From positions 1-56,622 of the IMG/VR virus record IMGVR_UViG_3300043399_000099: a stretch of 56,622 bases of DNA; one strand, written 5' to 3'. Source of the DNA: a virus (taxonomy: Duplodnaviria > Caudoviricetes). The notes under the pieces are model-generated. The model was not told the origin of the DNA and did no database searches. It was given only the letters and a program-made list of their open reading frames with translations. This document shows, piece by piece, positions 23,645 through 33,600 of the stretch (its first letter is position 1; each line of letters begins with the position of its first letter). The translations under genes and the position numbers were made by a program.

Positions 23645-24495
23645 GTAAAACACTGGACACACTTGTAGACGATATTTACAGGGTTGTCGAAGGTAAAGGG
23701 GGATGGGATGCTACATCTACAGAGTTCCTGTCTTCCTCTATTGCTACTGTTGCAGAGGCTAGGTTTTCCCAAGAGCAAGTACCACGGGATTACCTAAGCC
23801 TCTCTGGCATTGGCTCACCCTGCGACAGGAAACTTTGGTACAAGATCAACCAAAGCAAAGACTCTGAACCACTGCGGGCAGAAACTCTAGGGACTTTCTT
23901 CTATGGTGATCTACTCGAAGCCCTGATCCTGTCTCTTGCTGTAGCAGCAGGGCATAAGGTAGAGGGTATGCAGGACAGGGTGAATGTCTTCGGTGTTAGT
24001 GGACAACGTGATGCTGTCATTGATGGTGTCACTGTTGACGTGAAGTCTGCCTCTGAGCGTGGGTTTAAGAAGTTCAAGAAACATAACCTACGTCAGGAAG
24101 ACCCCTTCGGATATATCAGCCAGCTAAGCTCGTATGTATACGCAGGGAAAGATGACCCCCTTGTTAAGAATAAAACAGAGGGTGCATTTCTTGTAGTTCA
24201 GAAGGATAGGTTCAAGCTATGCCTAGACAAGTATGACTTCACAGAGGAACTTAAGGGTAAAGAACAGGAGATTAAACGTGTACAAAGCCTTGTTGCTGGC
24301 ACTATTCCTGAGGGTAGAATACCCCCTGTACCTCAGTCCGAGACTTCTGAAAACACTAAGCTATCCGCCACCTGTGGCTATTGCGAGTTTCGTAAGGTTT
24401 GTTGGCCAGAGGCAAGAACTTTTCTATACAGCACAGGGCCAGTATACCTTGTTGATGTCGTCAATGAACCTCGTGTAACGGAGTTGATCGAGTGA
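23641..24495 (+). CDS. PD-(D/E)xK exonuclease (Cas4-like, four Cys)
   Basis: SGIG.PCDR.LWY, D....G...DVKSAS, Y..QL..Y, CGYCEF..VCW. Confidence 0.85.
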   Translation: MSKTLDTLVDDIYRVVEGKGGWDATSTEFLSSSIATVAEARFSQEQVPRDYLSLSGIGSPCDRKLWYKINQSKDSEPLRAETLGTFFYGDLLEALILSLAVAAGHKVEGMQDRVNVFGVSGQRDAVIDGVTVDVKSASERGFKKFKKHNLRQEDPFGYISQLSSYVYAGKDDPLVKNKTEGAFLVVQKDRFKLCLDKYDFTEELKGKEQEIKRVQSLVAGTIPEGRIPPVPQSETSENTKLSATCGYCEFRKVCWPEARTFLYSTGPVYLVDVVNEPRVTELIE

Positions 24496-24839
24496 CAAGA
24501 GTAGCCAAACAAAAAGGTAGGCTTGGACAGAACGAGATTAGGGATAAACTTCTTGAGGTCTTCCCTGAGTTTGAACCTGACGATATCAAGTCAACAACAA
24601 TGGGTGACGGGGGAGAGGACATTCAGCTTTCTCCCGCTGCCCGCAAGAAGATGCCAATCAGTATCGAAGTCAAGCGGCGTAAGTCTGGGATGAAGATGCA
24701 ATATGATTGGATCGAGCAAGCTAAACGACACGGCAAAGGGATACCCGTGCTATTCTTTAGAGCAGATCGCGCTGATTGGATTGTCATGGTTAGCCTAGAA
24801 CATTACATGGAACTGTTGAGAGGTTGGAAAAATGTTTAA
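24492..24839 (+). CDS. Holliday junction resolvase-like endonuclease
   Basis: K.KGR, G..GEDI, SIEVK motifs. Confidence 0.8.
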   Translation: MTRVAKQKGRLGQNEIRDKLLEVFPEFEPDDIKSTTMGDGGEDIQLSPAARKKMPISIEVKRRKSGMKMQYDWIEQAKRHGKGIPVLFFRADRADWIVMVSLEHYMELLRGWKNV

Positions 24840-25152
24840 CTGGCTAAAAGAATGGGTGATGAATGTATTTGATCTACAGCCAAGAGCCTATGCACCAGAA
24901 ACCAAAGCAGAAATTTGGAGTATTATCGAGGGGCCGCAACGTGCAGAAGAGTTGGACTACTCGGAGATAGAAGGTCTAGATGTACATGACTCTGCAATCC
25001 GATTGGTGCTAAAGATTTCTGTTGATAAAGAGGTGTTCGATATCGAGGCTTGGTTTGATAGCTATGCAGATGCTAAGTATATCATTGACCACTTCAATAA
25101 ATCCATTGAGCCACTACCTATGAACCTAGGGGATTTTAATGAGTATGTCTAA
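24832..25152 (+). CDS. Hypothetical protein
   Basis: Overlapping coupled ORF. Confidence 0.7.
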   Translation: MFNWLKEWVMNVFDLQPRAYAPETKAEIWSIIEGPQRAEELDYSEIEGLDVHDSAIRLVLKISVDKEVFDIEAWFDSYADAKYIIDHFNKSIEPLPMNLGDFNEYV

Positions 25153-25921
25153 AACAGTAGTAGTCTATTCCTGCGCGCACTCTGACCCTGATGTAAACAA
25201 CATCCGCTTCAAAGCATTGGGTAAGTTCCTATATGACTTGAAGCCAGACATGGTGTTTGATCTGGGTGATGGTGCTGATATGCGATCCCTCAATACCTAT
25301 GAGGATAAATACCCTAAGGCAATTTCATCGCAGAGTTACGAACGGGATATCGTAGCCTATAACCAAGCTCAAGAATATCTGCGTGAACCCTTTAAGTATC
25401 ATCGAAAGAAACGACCATACTGGGTAGGCTTCGAGGGTAATCACGAACATCGTATCAAGTCTTACATAGCTAAGAACCCACGCAGCGAAGGTGAGAAGTT
25501 TGGGATTTCTTTCAGTCACCTTGATACGGATCATTGGTTTGATGATTACCATGAGTATGAGAATGGTGGGCCAGCAGTTGCTATGTATGACGGAGTAGCC
25601 TATGCACACTACTTCACTTCTGGTAACTCTGCCACTGCAACTGGGGGTACCCATCATGCTCATAGTGTGATACAAAACCTAAGTTGCTCTGCTACCTGTG
25701 GTCATTCACATAAGCGTGACCTACACTTCAAGGACGCAGCACTACCACGAGGGAACATTGGCCTTGTTGTAGGTTGCTTCAAAGGTGCAGCAGAGGATTG
25801 GGCAGGCCAAGCTAACGCTGGTTGGTGGCATGGTGTGGTAGTTAAGCGAGAGTTGGCTAATGGTATGTATGAACCAGAGTTTGTATCTCTTGCGCAGATT
25901 ATGAGAGCGTACGAAGAATGA
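25139..25921 (+). CDS. Calcineurin-like metallophosphoesterase
   Basis: CAH, DLGD, GNHE, H and GHSH motifs. Confidence 0.88.
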   Translation: MSMSKTVVVYSCAHSDPDVNNIRFKALGKFLYDLKPDMVFDLGDGADMRSLNTYEDKYPKAISSQSYERDIVAYNQAQEYLREPFKYHRKKRPYWVGFEGNHEHRIKSYIAKNPRSEGEKFGISFSHLDTDHWFDDYHEYENGGPAVAMYDGVAYAHYFTSGNSATATGGTHHAHSVIQNLSCSATCGHSHKRDLHFKDAALPRGNIGLVVGCFKGAAEDWAGQANAGWWHGVVVKRELANGMYEPEFVSLAQIMRAYEE

Positions 25922-26076
25922 GGTACGAGATTACGTTGGTTGTTGAAGTTGATAGAGAGGCTGCTTTTGCACGGACAGATGACGAAATGGAAAACGTCTA
26001 TAGCCTTGTGGAGTCAGCCATCTTTGATTTAGATGATCTTAAACTGTACACCCTAGAAGTATTGGAACAAGGTTAA
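25918..26076 (+). CDS. 52-aa hypothetical protein MRYEITLVVE...
   Basis: ATGA and TAATG coupling; not in the ORF track. Confidence 0.65.
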   Translation: MRYEITLVVEVDREAAFARTDDEMENVYSLVESAIFDLDDLKLYTLEVLEQG

Positions 26077-26561
26077 TGGAACAACAACAAGTAGTACTAA
26101 ATGAACAACAACTGGTTGCACAGTTTATCAAAGCTTTCAAAGGTTCTTTAGACCTTCGCCTATGGGTCAACCTTATGAAAGAAGAGCTGGCAGAGTACAA
26201 TGCAGCTTTTAAAACAAATGACCGAGAAGAGATGTTGAAAGAGATTGCGGATGTACTCTATGTAAAGACTGGTTTCCTCTTGGTACTTGGTGGGGGTGTT
26301 GGAGAAGACATCATTAGTAGAGAAGAAGAACAAGAATGGATGAACATCCTTGATGAAACTCACAAAGCCTACCTACAAGCAGAAGCAATCTTTAGTACTG
26401 CAACAATCTGGGAAGCTTTCAAGCGTGTACATACCAGCAATATGTCCAAGCTAGGTGATGATGGTAAGCCTGTCCTTCGTGAAGATGGTAAGATTCTGAA
26501 AGGGCCAAACTACAAGAAGCCCTACTTGACAGACCTGTTAGAAGTTGGTAATATTACATGA
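26076..26561 (+). CDS. MazG-like all-alpha NTP pyrophosphohydrolase
   Basis: EE..E...KEIADVLYV...VH.SNMSK...REDGK.LKG motif. Confidence 0.88.
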   Translation: MEQQQVVLNEQQLVAQFIKAFKGSLDLRLWVNLMKEELAEYNAAFKTNDREEMLKEIADVLYVKTGFLLVLGGGVGEDIISREEEQEWMNILDETHKAYLQAEAIFSTATIWEAFKRVHTSNMSKLGDDGKPVLREDGKILKGPNYKKPYLTDLLEVGNIT

Positions 26562-26722
26562 CAGTAGAAGAACTCATTCGTAAATTAGAAAGAGTGAGAG
26601 ACCAGAGTGTGCCTGTAGTACTAGTCGAATGGGATATACAGAACCCCCTAGCCAAGAAGGCTGAGGTGACTCCCAATAGGATAGTGGTGCAGGCACATAG
26701 GGTTGCAATTATCATTGATTAA
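26558..26722 (+). CDS. 54-aa hypothetical protein MTVEELIRKL...
   Basis: ATGA coupling; typical phage N-terminus. Confidence 0.65.
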   Translation: MTVEELIRKLERVRDQSVPVVLVEWDIQNPLAKKAEVTPNRIVVQAHRVAIIID

Positions 26723-26733
26723 GAAAGAACAAG

Positions 26734-26934
26734 ATGAAGAGATACTTACGGAAGAGTTGGATTATCCGATGGCTTCGCTATGTGAAGACTTGGCGTGAAC
26801 ATCGTCGGATCATCAAAGAGTTGAATGCTCTAGACGACAAGACGTTACGGGACATTGGTATCAATCGTTGTGATATTGATACGCTCATTTGGTTGGAACA
26901 AGATTTGGAAAGACGAGGGACTCATGCGAAATAA
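26734..26934 (+). CDS. DUF1127 (YjiS-like) small protein
   Basis: W...RR...EL..LDD..LRDIGI.R.DI signature. Confidence 0.88.
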   Translation: MKRYLRKSWIIRWLRYVKTWREHRRIIKELNALDDKTLRDIGINRCDIDTLIWLEQDLERRGTHAK

Positions 26935-27136
26935 GGATGAAGATTGGACTACAATTATCTCAGGTTTTCTGGCAATCTTTGCGTATCTCGCATTGTTTGT
27001 AGGGGTAATCTATGGGTATATCTGGAATATCCTTACACTGTTTAATAACATGGATACAATCTCTGGGGTAGAAGCAGTAGTACGTTCTATTGGTATTATA
27101 GTTGGCCCTGCTGGCGCAATCATGGGGTACTTTTAA
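26924..27136 (+). CDS. Two-TM membrane protein
   Basis: SD GAGG; two hydrophobic helices. Confidence 0.7.
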   Translation: MRNKDEDWTTIISGFLAIFAYLALFVGVIYGYIWNILTLFNNMDTISGVEAVVRSIGIIVGPAGAIMGYF

Positions 27137-29055
27137 TGAGCAGTAACTACCTACCTACAGATTATCAGTCCTTTATTGCAACTTCACGCTATGCCCGTTG
27201 GCTAGAGGAACAAGGTCGCCGTGAGAACTGGGGTGAGACTGTCTTTCGCTACATGGAGAACGTAGTCAATAAACTCCTTGCAAGCATTAACCACGTAGGT
27301 GGTGAGGCTATTGCTATTGAACAGGCTATCCTTAACCTAGACGTTATGCCTTCCATGCGAGCTGTTATGACTGCTGGCCCTGCGCTAGATCGTGATAACA
27401 CTGCGGGATATAACTGTTCGTATCTGCCTGTTGATGACCCTAAAGCTTTTGATGAAGCTATGTTTATCCTACTGTGTGGCACTGGTGTTGGCTTCTCTGT
27501 AGAGCGTCAGTTCATCAGCAAGCTGCCAGAAGTACCAGAGAATATGTACCAGTCCGAGACTACTGTTGTCGTTAAGGATAGCAAAGAGGGTTGGGCCAAG
27601 GCACTGCGTCAGGTTATCGCACTGCTGTACTCTGGTGAAATCCCTAAGTGGGACGTGTCTCTGGTTCGTCCTGCTGGTGCTAAGTTGAAGACCTTTGGTG
27701 GTCGTGCATCAGGCCCAGCGCCACTGGTTGACCTGTTCCAGTTTGTTATTGGGAAGTTCAAGGAAGCCAAGGGACGTAAGTTATCGTCTCTCGAATGCCA
27801 CGATATTATGTGTAAGATTGGTGAAGTTGTTGTAGTTGGTGGTGTTCGTCGTAGTGCTATGATTTCCCTATCTAACTTGTCAGATGATCGTATGCGTTAT
27901 GCGAAGTCTGGTAACTGGTGGGAAAATAACCCTCAGCGTGGTCTGGCTAACAACTCTGTGAGCTACACCGAGAAGCCAGATGCTACTAGCTTCATGCGTG
28001 AGTGGGTTGCTCTGATGGAGTCTGGTTCTGGTGAACGAGGTATCTTCAATCGTCAGGCATCCAAGAAGCAGGCAGCAAAGAATGGTCGCCGCAAGACTGA
28101 CTATGAGTTTGGCACTAACCCATGCTCCGAGATTATCCTGCGTCCCTACCAGTTCTGCAACCTGACGGAAGTTGTTGTACGTGCTACGGATACGATCAAG
28201 ACGCTGGAAGAGAAGGTTCGCCTTGCTACCATCTTGGGTACTATCCAATCGACCTACACTAAGTTCCCCTACCTGCGGAAGATTTGGCAAACCAATACAG
28301 AAGAAGAGCGTCTGCTTGGTGTGTCACTGACGGGGATCATGGACAACCCACTAATGACTACAAAGAATGCAGGTTTGTCTCAAACATTGGAGCATCTAAA
28401 GAATGTCGCTATTACTACTAATGCTGAGTGGGCTGGAATCCTTGGCGTTCCTGTATCTGCTGCTATTACTTGTGTTAAACCATCGGGAACCGTCTCGCAA
28501 CTTGTTGACTCCGCCTCAGGTATCCATGCTCGCCATAGTGCTTACTACATTCGGACTGTTCGAGGCGACAATAAAGACCCTCTTACACAGTTTATGAAGG
28601 ATCAAGGTATCCCGTCTGAACCTGATGTGATGAAGCCTACGCAGACAACTGTGTTTAGCTTCCCAATGAAGGCCCCAGAGGGTGCAGTGGTCACGGCTGA
28701 TCTTAGTGCTATCGACCAGTTGGAAATGTGGTTGGCCTATCAGCGTAGTTGGTGTGAGCATAAGCCTTCTGTTACTATTAACGTCAGAGGGCATGAGTGG
28801 GTTGAGGTAGGTGCTTTTGTCTACAAGCACTTTGATGAAATGTCTGGCGTATCTTTCTTGCCATACAATGAACATACCTACCAACAGGCTCCATACCAAG
28901 AGGTCGGTAAGTCAGAGTATGATAATCTGCTGTCTATGATGCCTAAGACTATTGACTGGGCTAAACTGGCGGACTACGAGAAAGAAGACAACACATCTGG
29001 ATCACAGACACTTGCTTGCTCTGGGGATAGTTGTGAGATTGTTGACCTGACTTAA
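27136..29055 (+). CDS. nrdJ: Class II (B12-dependent) ribonucleotide reductase
   Basis: YNC, GGVRRSA, TNPCSEI, FCNL, KPSGT, C-terminal C....C pair; no beta-subunit gene. Confidence 0.93.
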   Translation: MSSNYLPTDYQSFIATSRYARWLEEQGRRENWGETVFRYMENVVNKLLASINHVGGEAIAIEQAILNLDVMPSMRAVMTAGPALDRDNTAGYNCSYLPVDDPKAFDEAMFILLCGTGVGFSVERQFISKLPEVPENMYQSETTVVVKDSKEGWAKALRQVIALLYSGEIPKWDVSLVRPAGAKLKTFGGRASGPAPLVDLFQFVIGKFKEAKGRKLSSLECHDIMCKIGEVVVVGGVRRSAMISLSNLSDDRMRYAKSGNWWENNPQRGLANNSVSYTEKPDATSFMREWVALMESGSGERGIFNRQASKKQAAKNGRRKTDYEFGTNPCSEIILRPYQFCNLTEVVVRATDTIKTLEEKVRLATILGTIQSTYTKFPYLRKIWQTNTEEERLLGVSLTGIMDNPLMTTKNAGLSQTLEHLKNVAITTNAEWAGILGVPVSAAITCVKPSGTVSQLVDSASGIHARHSAYYIRTVRGDNKDPLTQFMKDQGIPSEPDVMKPTQTTVFSFPMKAPEGAVVTADLSAIDQLEMWLAYQRSWCEHKPSVTINVRGHEWVEVGAFVYKHFDEMSGVSFLPYNEHTYQQAPYQEVGKSEYDNLLSMMPKTIDWAKLADYEKEDNTSGSQTLACSGDSCEIVDLT

Positions 29056-29066
29056 CCTTGTAACAT

Positions 29067-29099
29067 AGCCTAGGACAGGATCAGCTTTTGTCCTAGGCT
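29067..29099 (+). other. 14-bp hairpin (processing site or terminator)
   Basis: AGCCTAGGACAGGA-TCAGC-TTTTGTCCTAGGCT. Confidence 0.55.
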
Positions 29100-29119
29100 T
29101 CATATCAAATGGAGTTAAC

Positions 29120-29350
29120 GTGTACACAATTATTGGAAGACCTGATTGTCGTTGGTGTGATAAAGCTAAGCAACTACTCACAGAAAAAGGACGAGAGTAT
29201 CAGTACATTGACTGCACTGAGAATACTTGGGTAGTGGCCATCATGTTGAAAGGCGGATACCGAAAGGTTCCACTAGTTATTCAACACACAGAAGTCATTG
29301 GTGGTTATGTAGAGCTAGAAGAGAAGTTTAAGGAACTATCCGATGGATGA
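29120..29350 (+). CDS. grx: Glutaredoxin
   Basis: CRWC, VP and IGGY motifs. Confidence 0.9.
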   Translation: MYTIIGRPDCRWCDKAKQLLTEKGREYQYIDCTENTWVVAIMLKGGYRKVPLVIQHTEVIGGYVELEEKFKELSDG

Positions 29351-30047
29351 AGGTAAGCCTAAAGGTAAACGAGTGAGTCGCTACAAGAATGCGGGGGCAG
29401 AAGCTACTGCACGTACTGTGAAACTTGTCGCTATGAATGACACACAGAAGCAGTACATTGCTGCACTAAACTCCCACAGTCAGATCATTGTGACAGGTTT
29501 CAGTGGTACAGGTAAGACTTACATCGCAGCAACACATGCAGCTAACCTTTACGCTAATCATCTGATTGACCGAATCATTATCACTCGACCTAACATCGCT
29601 GTTGGTAAAGACCTTGGGTATCTTCCGGGAACTCTAGAAGAGAAGTACACCCCTTGGATCATGCCAGTGCTTGACGTATTGGAACAACAGCTTGGTAAGA
29701 ATGTTGTTGATACCGCGATGAAAGCTGGCAATATCCAGATGGTTCCTCTGTCTGTTATGCGTGGACGCAGCTTCAATAGGGCTTTCATTATTGTGGACGA
29801 AGCGCAGAACCTTACTGTACACGAGATGAAAATGCTATTGACTCGCGTAGGTAAAGAGTGTACTATTGTTATCAACGGAGATATCAAGCAGAGTGACATA
29901 CAGACACAGAGTGGTCTTAGTAAGATTCTGCATCTAGCTAAGAAATACAATATGGATATCCCAACCATTGAGTTTGGTGTTGATGATATTGTTCGTAGTG
30001 ATATCTGTAAGCAGTGGATTATTGCATTCGAAGAGGAGAAGCTATAA
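29343..30047 (+). CDS. phoH: PhoH-family ATPase
   Basis: G.SGTGKT, LGYLPG, MRGRSF, DEAQN, GD..QSD. Confidence 0.95.
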   Translation: MDEGKPKGKRVSRYKNAGAEATARTVKLVAMNDTQKQYIAALNSHSQIIVTGFSGTGKTYIAATHAANLYANHLIDRIIITRPNIAVGKDLGYLPGTLEEKYTPWIMPVLDVLEQQLGKNVVDTAMKAGNIQMVPLSVMRGRSFNRAFIIVDEAQNLTVHEMKMLLTRVGKECTIVINGDIKQSDIQTQSGLSKILHLAKKYNMDIPTIEFGVDDIVRSDICKQWIIAFEEEKL

Positions 30048-30334
30048 TGGCTAAGTGGGATGTACTAGGTTGGCAAGAACCTGAAGAAGAAGCAAAGACA
30101 GACAATGTGAACCACCCAAAGCACTATGGTCAGGGTGATATTGAGTGCATTGATTACATTGCGGACTTCCTGACGTATGATGAATATGTTGGGTATCTAC
30201 GGGGCAATGTCGCAAAGTATCTGCATCGTTGGCGCTACAAGAATGGACTAGAAGACTTGAAGAAAGCACAGTGGTATCTGGCAAGGTTAGTTGAAGAGGT
30301 GGACAATGAAGAAAACAACCCTCATAAAACCTAA
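30047..30334 (+). CDS. DUF3310 protein
   Basis: DNVNHPKHY..IECID...GN..KY..R...KNG.EDL.KA.WY. Confidence 0.9.
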   Translation: MAKWDVLGWQEPEEEAKTDNVNHPKHYGQGDIECIDYIADFLTYDEYVGYLRGNVAKYLHRWRYKNGLEDLKKAQWYLARLVEEVDNEENNPHKT

Positions 30335-30554
30335 GGATAAACCAATTGAAATAGCTGTAATGCCCCTCGAAGAAGAAGCCAAGCAGTTTACTGCAAAGAA
30401 AAAGTTTGGTGGGCCACCCAAGCCTATGACATCCCGTATCTACCTTACGGGGATGGCAATGAATGCCCTGTTGTCTAGGTCTACGGGTCTAGTACGTAGG
30501 GAAGAGATCAAGCGTGAGGCAGAGGACTGGGCCGACTTTATGCTTGAAGACTAA
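30306..30554 (+). CDS. Hypothetical protein
   Basis: SD GAGG; last gene of the + arm. Confidence 0.7.
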   Translation: MKKTTLIKPKDKPIEIAVMPLEEEAKQFTAKKKFGGPPKPMTSRIYLTGMAMNALLSRSTGLVRREEIKREAEDWADFMLED

Positions 30555-30582
30555 CAACAAGAACACCCATACTGTAAAACTT

Positions 30583-30612
30583 AAAGGGAGCCTTTCGGCT
30601 CCCTCTCTTTTT
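30583..30612. terminator. Bidirectional intrinsic terminator between the convergent arms
   Basis: AGGGAGCC-TTTC-GGCTCCCT flanked by A and T tracts. Confidence 0.85.
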
Positions 30613-30614
30613 GT

Positions 30615-33600
30615 TTACTGTCTTCTTTGATCTGGGAAACCTTTAACAGGCTCTGTCATTTGGTTAGACCACGCCATGATAGCCTGTCTTTTTTTAACCT
30701 CTTCCTCAACATTCTCAGAAGCACCGAGGAAAGAAGCAGCATCTGCAAACTCCCCGTTAGTAAAAGCTCTTACTGCGGTGTCATAGATATCTTTCTTACC
30801 AGAACTTTTAATGGCTTTTCTTTCTTCAATGACATAAAGATTACGAACATACCCTGCAGCCAACCGAGGTTTTTTATCTAGGAGTTCAATGAAGCTTTGC
30901 TCTATTTGATTCTTAGCCTTATCTCTCTCAATAGTAATAAATTGATTTAACAGATACCTCTGATCATCAGTATTTGTAATCTCATTATAAGTCTTATCAC
31001 CAAACCTACCACCATGCTTAACTTGATCTCTCCAAGCAACGAACATCCTAGGCAGGTTCTTACCCAGAATTTCCCTCACAAAGATATCTGCAGCAGGGTT
31101 TTCTACAGTCTTGTTGCCATAGATTTCAAACTCCTTGATTTGCATACGGCTCATCTCTTCCTGCAACTGGTTAGGTTTTGCAGATGTTTGCATACCAAGC
31201 TGCTTAGAGAGGGGGTCAAAAGTACCAATAGGAGTAGAGCTGAATGGGCTGTAATAAGGGATAGCGGACTTACCGTTGTAGCTCTGTGCGTACTGTACAA
31301 AGTCTACCTCTGGCAAGAAGCGTGTTGCTCTGCGGATCATCTCATCTATGAAGTTACCTTCACCATAGGTTTCAACATTGTCCAAATCTCCACCAAGAAC
31401 TTCTCTCGTGTACGGGGTAGTACCTAGCTCAGGGTTAACCTGCCCATAGAAGTCTCGTGTTGGGGTCAGAGGATAGGTGAACGTAGCAGCAATGTCTCCC
31501 AACGACCGAGCAAGACCAACTGTTAGAACACCCTCGTCATAGCTCTTTGCTATCTCTGTAAAGAGTGGGGCATCAATACCTATGTCAGTCTGACCTACAG
31601 AGATATCCATCATGGTACTAATGATACCCTCTGTTGGTAGGTCATTCTTCCAACGATAATAAAGATCACCCAAATACATATTCATCAGCCAAGGGCCAGC
31701 AGTACGGCTTAGGTCAACAAGACCTGTATCTGTCTTGAGCTTGTCATAGTCAACAGTACCTTCAGTAGATGCAGCAGTGTATGCACCCAACATAAAAAGG
31801 GAAGCCCCTGTCATCTGCCGTGCAAAACGATCCTGACCAGTCTTGTTGACATCCCCAAAGACAACACTATCATACTTGTTCAGACCACCAGTCATAAGAC
31901 CAATAGGTGTGTAGTCATTGATATGTTCAAGGTGGTTAGCGATATAACGAGGGAATGGTATACCAAAACCTGCGGATACAACAAAGGGTAGCTTGTGGTG
32001 TGCGTCGATAACACCCTGTGCTAGCTTACCAAAGGCAGACTTGTCACCCCTGTAGGAACGCTGGAAGGTAAACCTACGAGCATCATCAATAGCCTTAGTC
32101 ATAACACCTTCTGGAAGATTATCCAGTGGGATTTTCTTCGCTAGGAACTCACCGAGATTTTTACCAATGGCAGGATCAGCAATGTCCCTCAACTGTCTGT
32201 CTACACTAGAGTAGAGGACACCCTGCTTAAACACAGAGTCCACAGTGGAGTTCAGTATGTTGACACCCCTGCCAACCTTAGCCAAGCGAGAGGTACTCTC
32301 AGAGGCTGTCTCAGCACGAGTAGCTTCATAGAACAGTTCAGAGTACTGCTCTGGTTGTTCCTCAAGGAAGACCTCTTTGAAGAGCTTTGCGTCACCCTTG
32401 TTCCAAGAGAGTCCTTTGATTGTGGATAGAGTACCACCAACCCACTTACGTTGTACTTTATCCCCAACTTTTTTACCTACAGTGACGTTGGCTACGTTCT
32501 TCCAGAATTGGTCGGACATATCAATGAGTACGTTACCAGCAGAGGTGATAGTGTTAGCAGCAGTAGTACCAAGCTGAGAGGTCATAAAGGCAATACGAAT
32601 AGAGTCTGCCTCTTTCAGTGCATTGTAGAGGGGGTTGCCCTTGTCCTTATACACGCTGGCAGCAACAGTACGCAACTCAGAATCAGCCAGAGTCTCAAGC
32701 CCGCTTGCTGCTAGGAAGTCCAAGTCTCTTGTAGTTGCCTCGACCTCTCCCTTTGCAGTAGCCTTTGCTGTGGAACGAGTCTGAGCCTGCTTAATGTAGC
32801 TTGCTTCTGCCAGTGTCTTACCAGCCTGAGACAAGTCAGCGAGGAAGATATAAGAGGTTTGTTCTTTTGATAGGCCATACTTAGTGCGTAGGTCAGTCAA
32901 GTAGCTGCTATCAATCTTACCCGACTGCAGACCTTTCGCAACAGCAGAAGAGATACGCTCGTTAGGCTTGATTTTCAAACCCTCTGTCATCTCAATAGTA
33001 GCAGCAGTGATACTACGTAGTGTATCTATAGAGAGGTTGCTTGTGATAAACCTGTCTACTTTACCATTCAAGACTTCCTTCTTAAGGAGATTACCCTTCT
33101 CAACCAACTTAGGGTCAAGAGGGTCAAGCTTAACGCCCTTGAAACGTGCATCTAAGGCCAACGCTGTAGATACAGCACGATCAGCAGCAGCAGAAACTTT
33201 TGCAGGTTCCACCGAGGCTATCGTTGTCTTAGCATTAGTAACACCAGTAGTCTTAGTCGCAAGATTTGCAGCATCACGAGCAACAAGACTATCAACAATA
33301 CCACGCTGGGTTCTTGTGTCTAACGCACGAGTGGCAGAACCTAATGCACCACCAATGGTAGCTGCAATAAGTCCATCACGAAGAAGGTTGCCTGTTGTAT
33401 ATTCTTGCCCAGAAGCTTTCTCACGAGTCTTACCCTGCAGGAAGGATTGACCAGCACCAAGAGAACCTTCTACTACAGCAGAGGATACACCCCCCATGAG
33501 GGCTTGTTTAGCGATTGTGCCTGCAACCTGATCTTTAACAGCACCAGTGGCAACACCCTTACGCACAAGCTCAGAGATAGTCTGACGCATTGCTAGTTGC

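Noticed and set aside
23641-24495. Cas4 as part of a CRISPR system
   Set aside because: Stand-alone Cas4-like exonucleases are normal in phage replication modules; no array or cas1 is present
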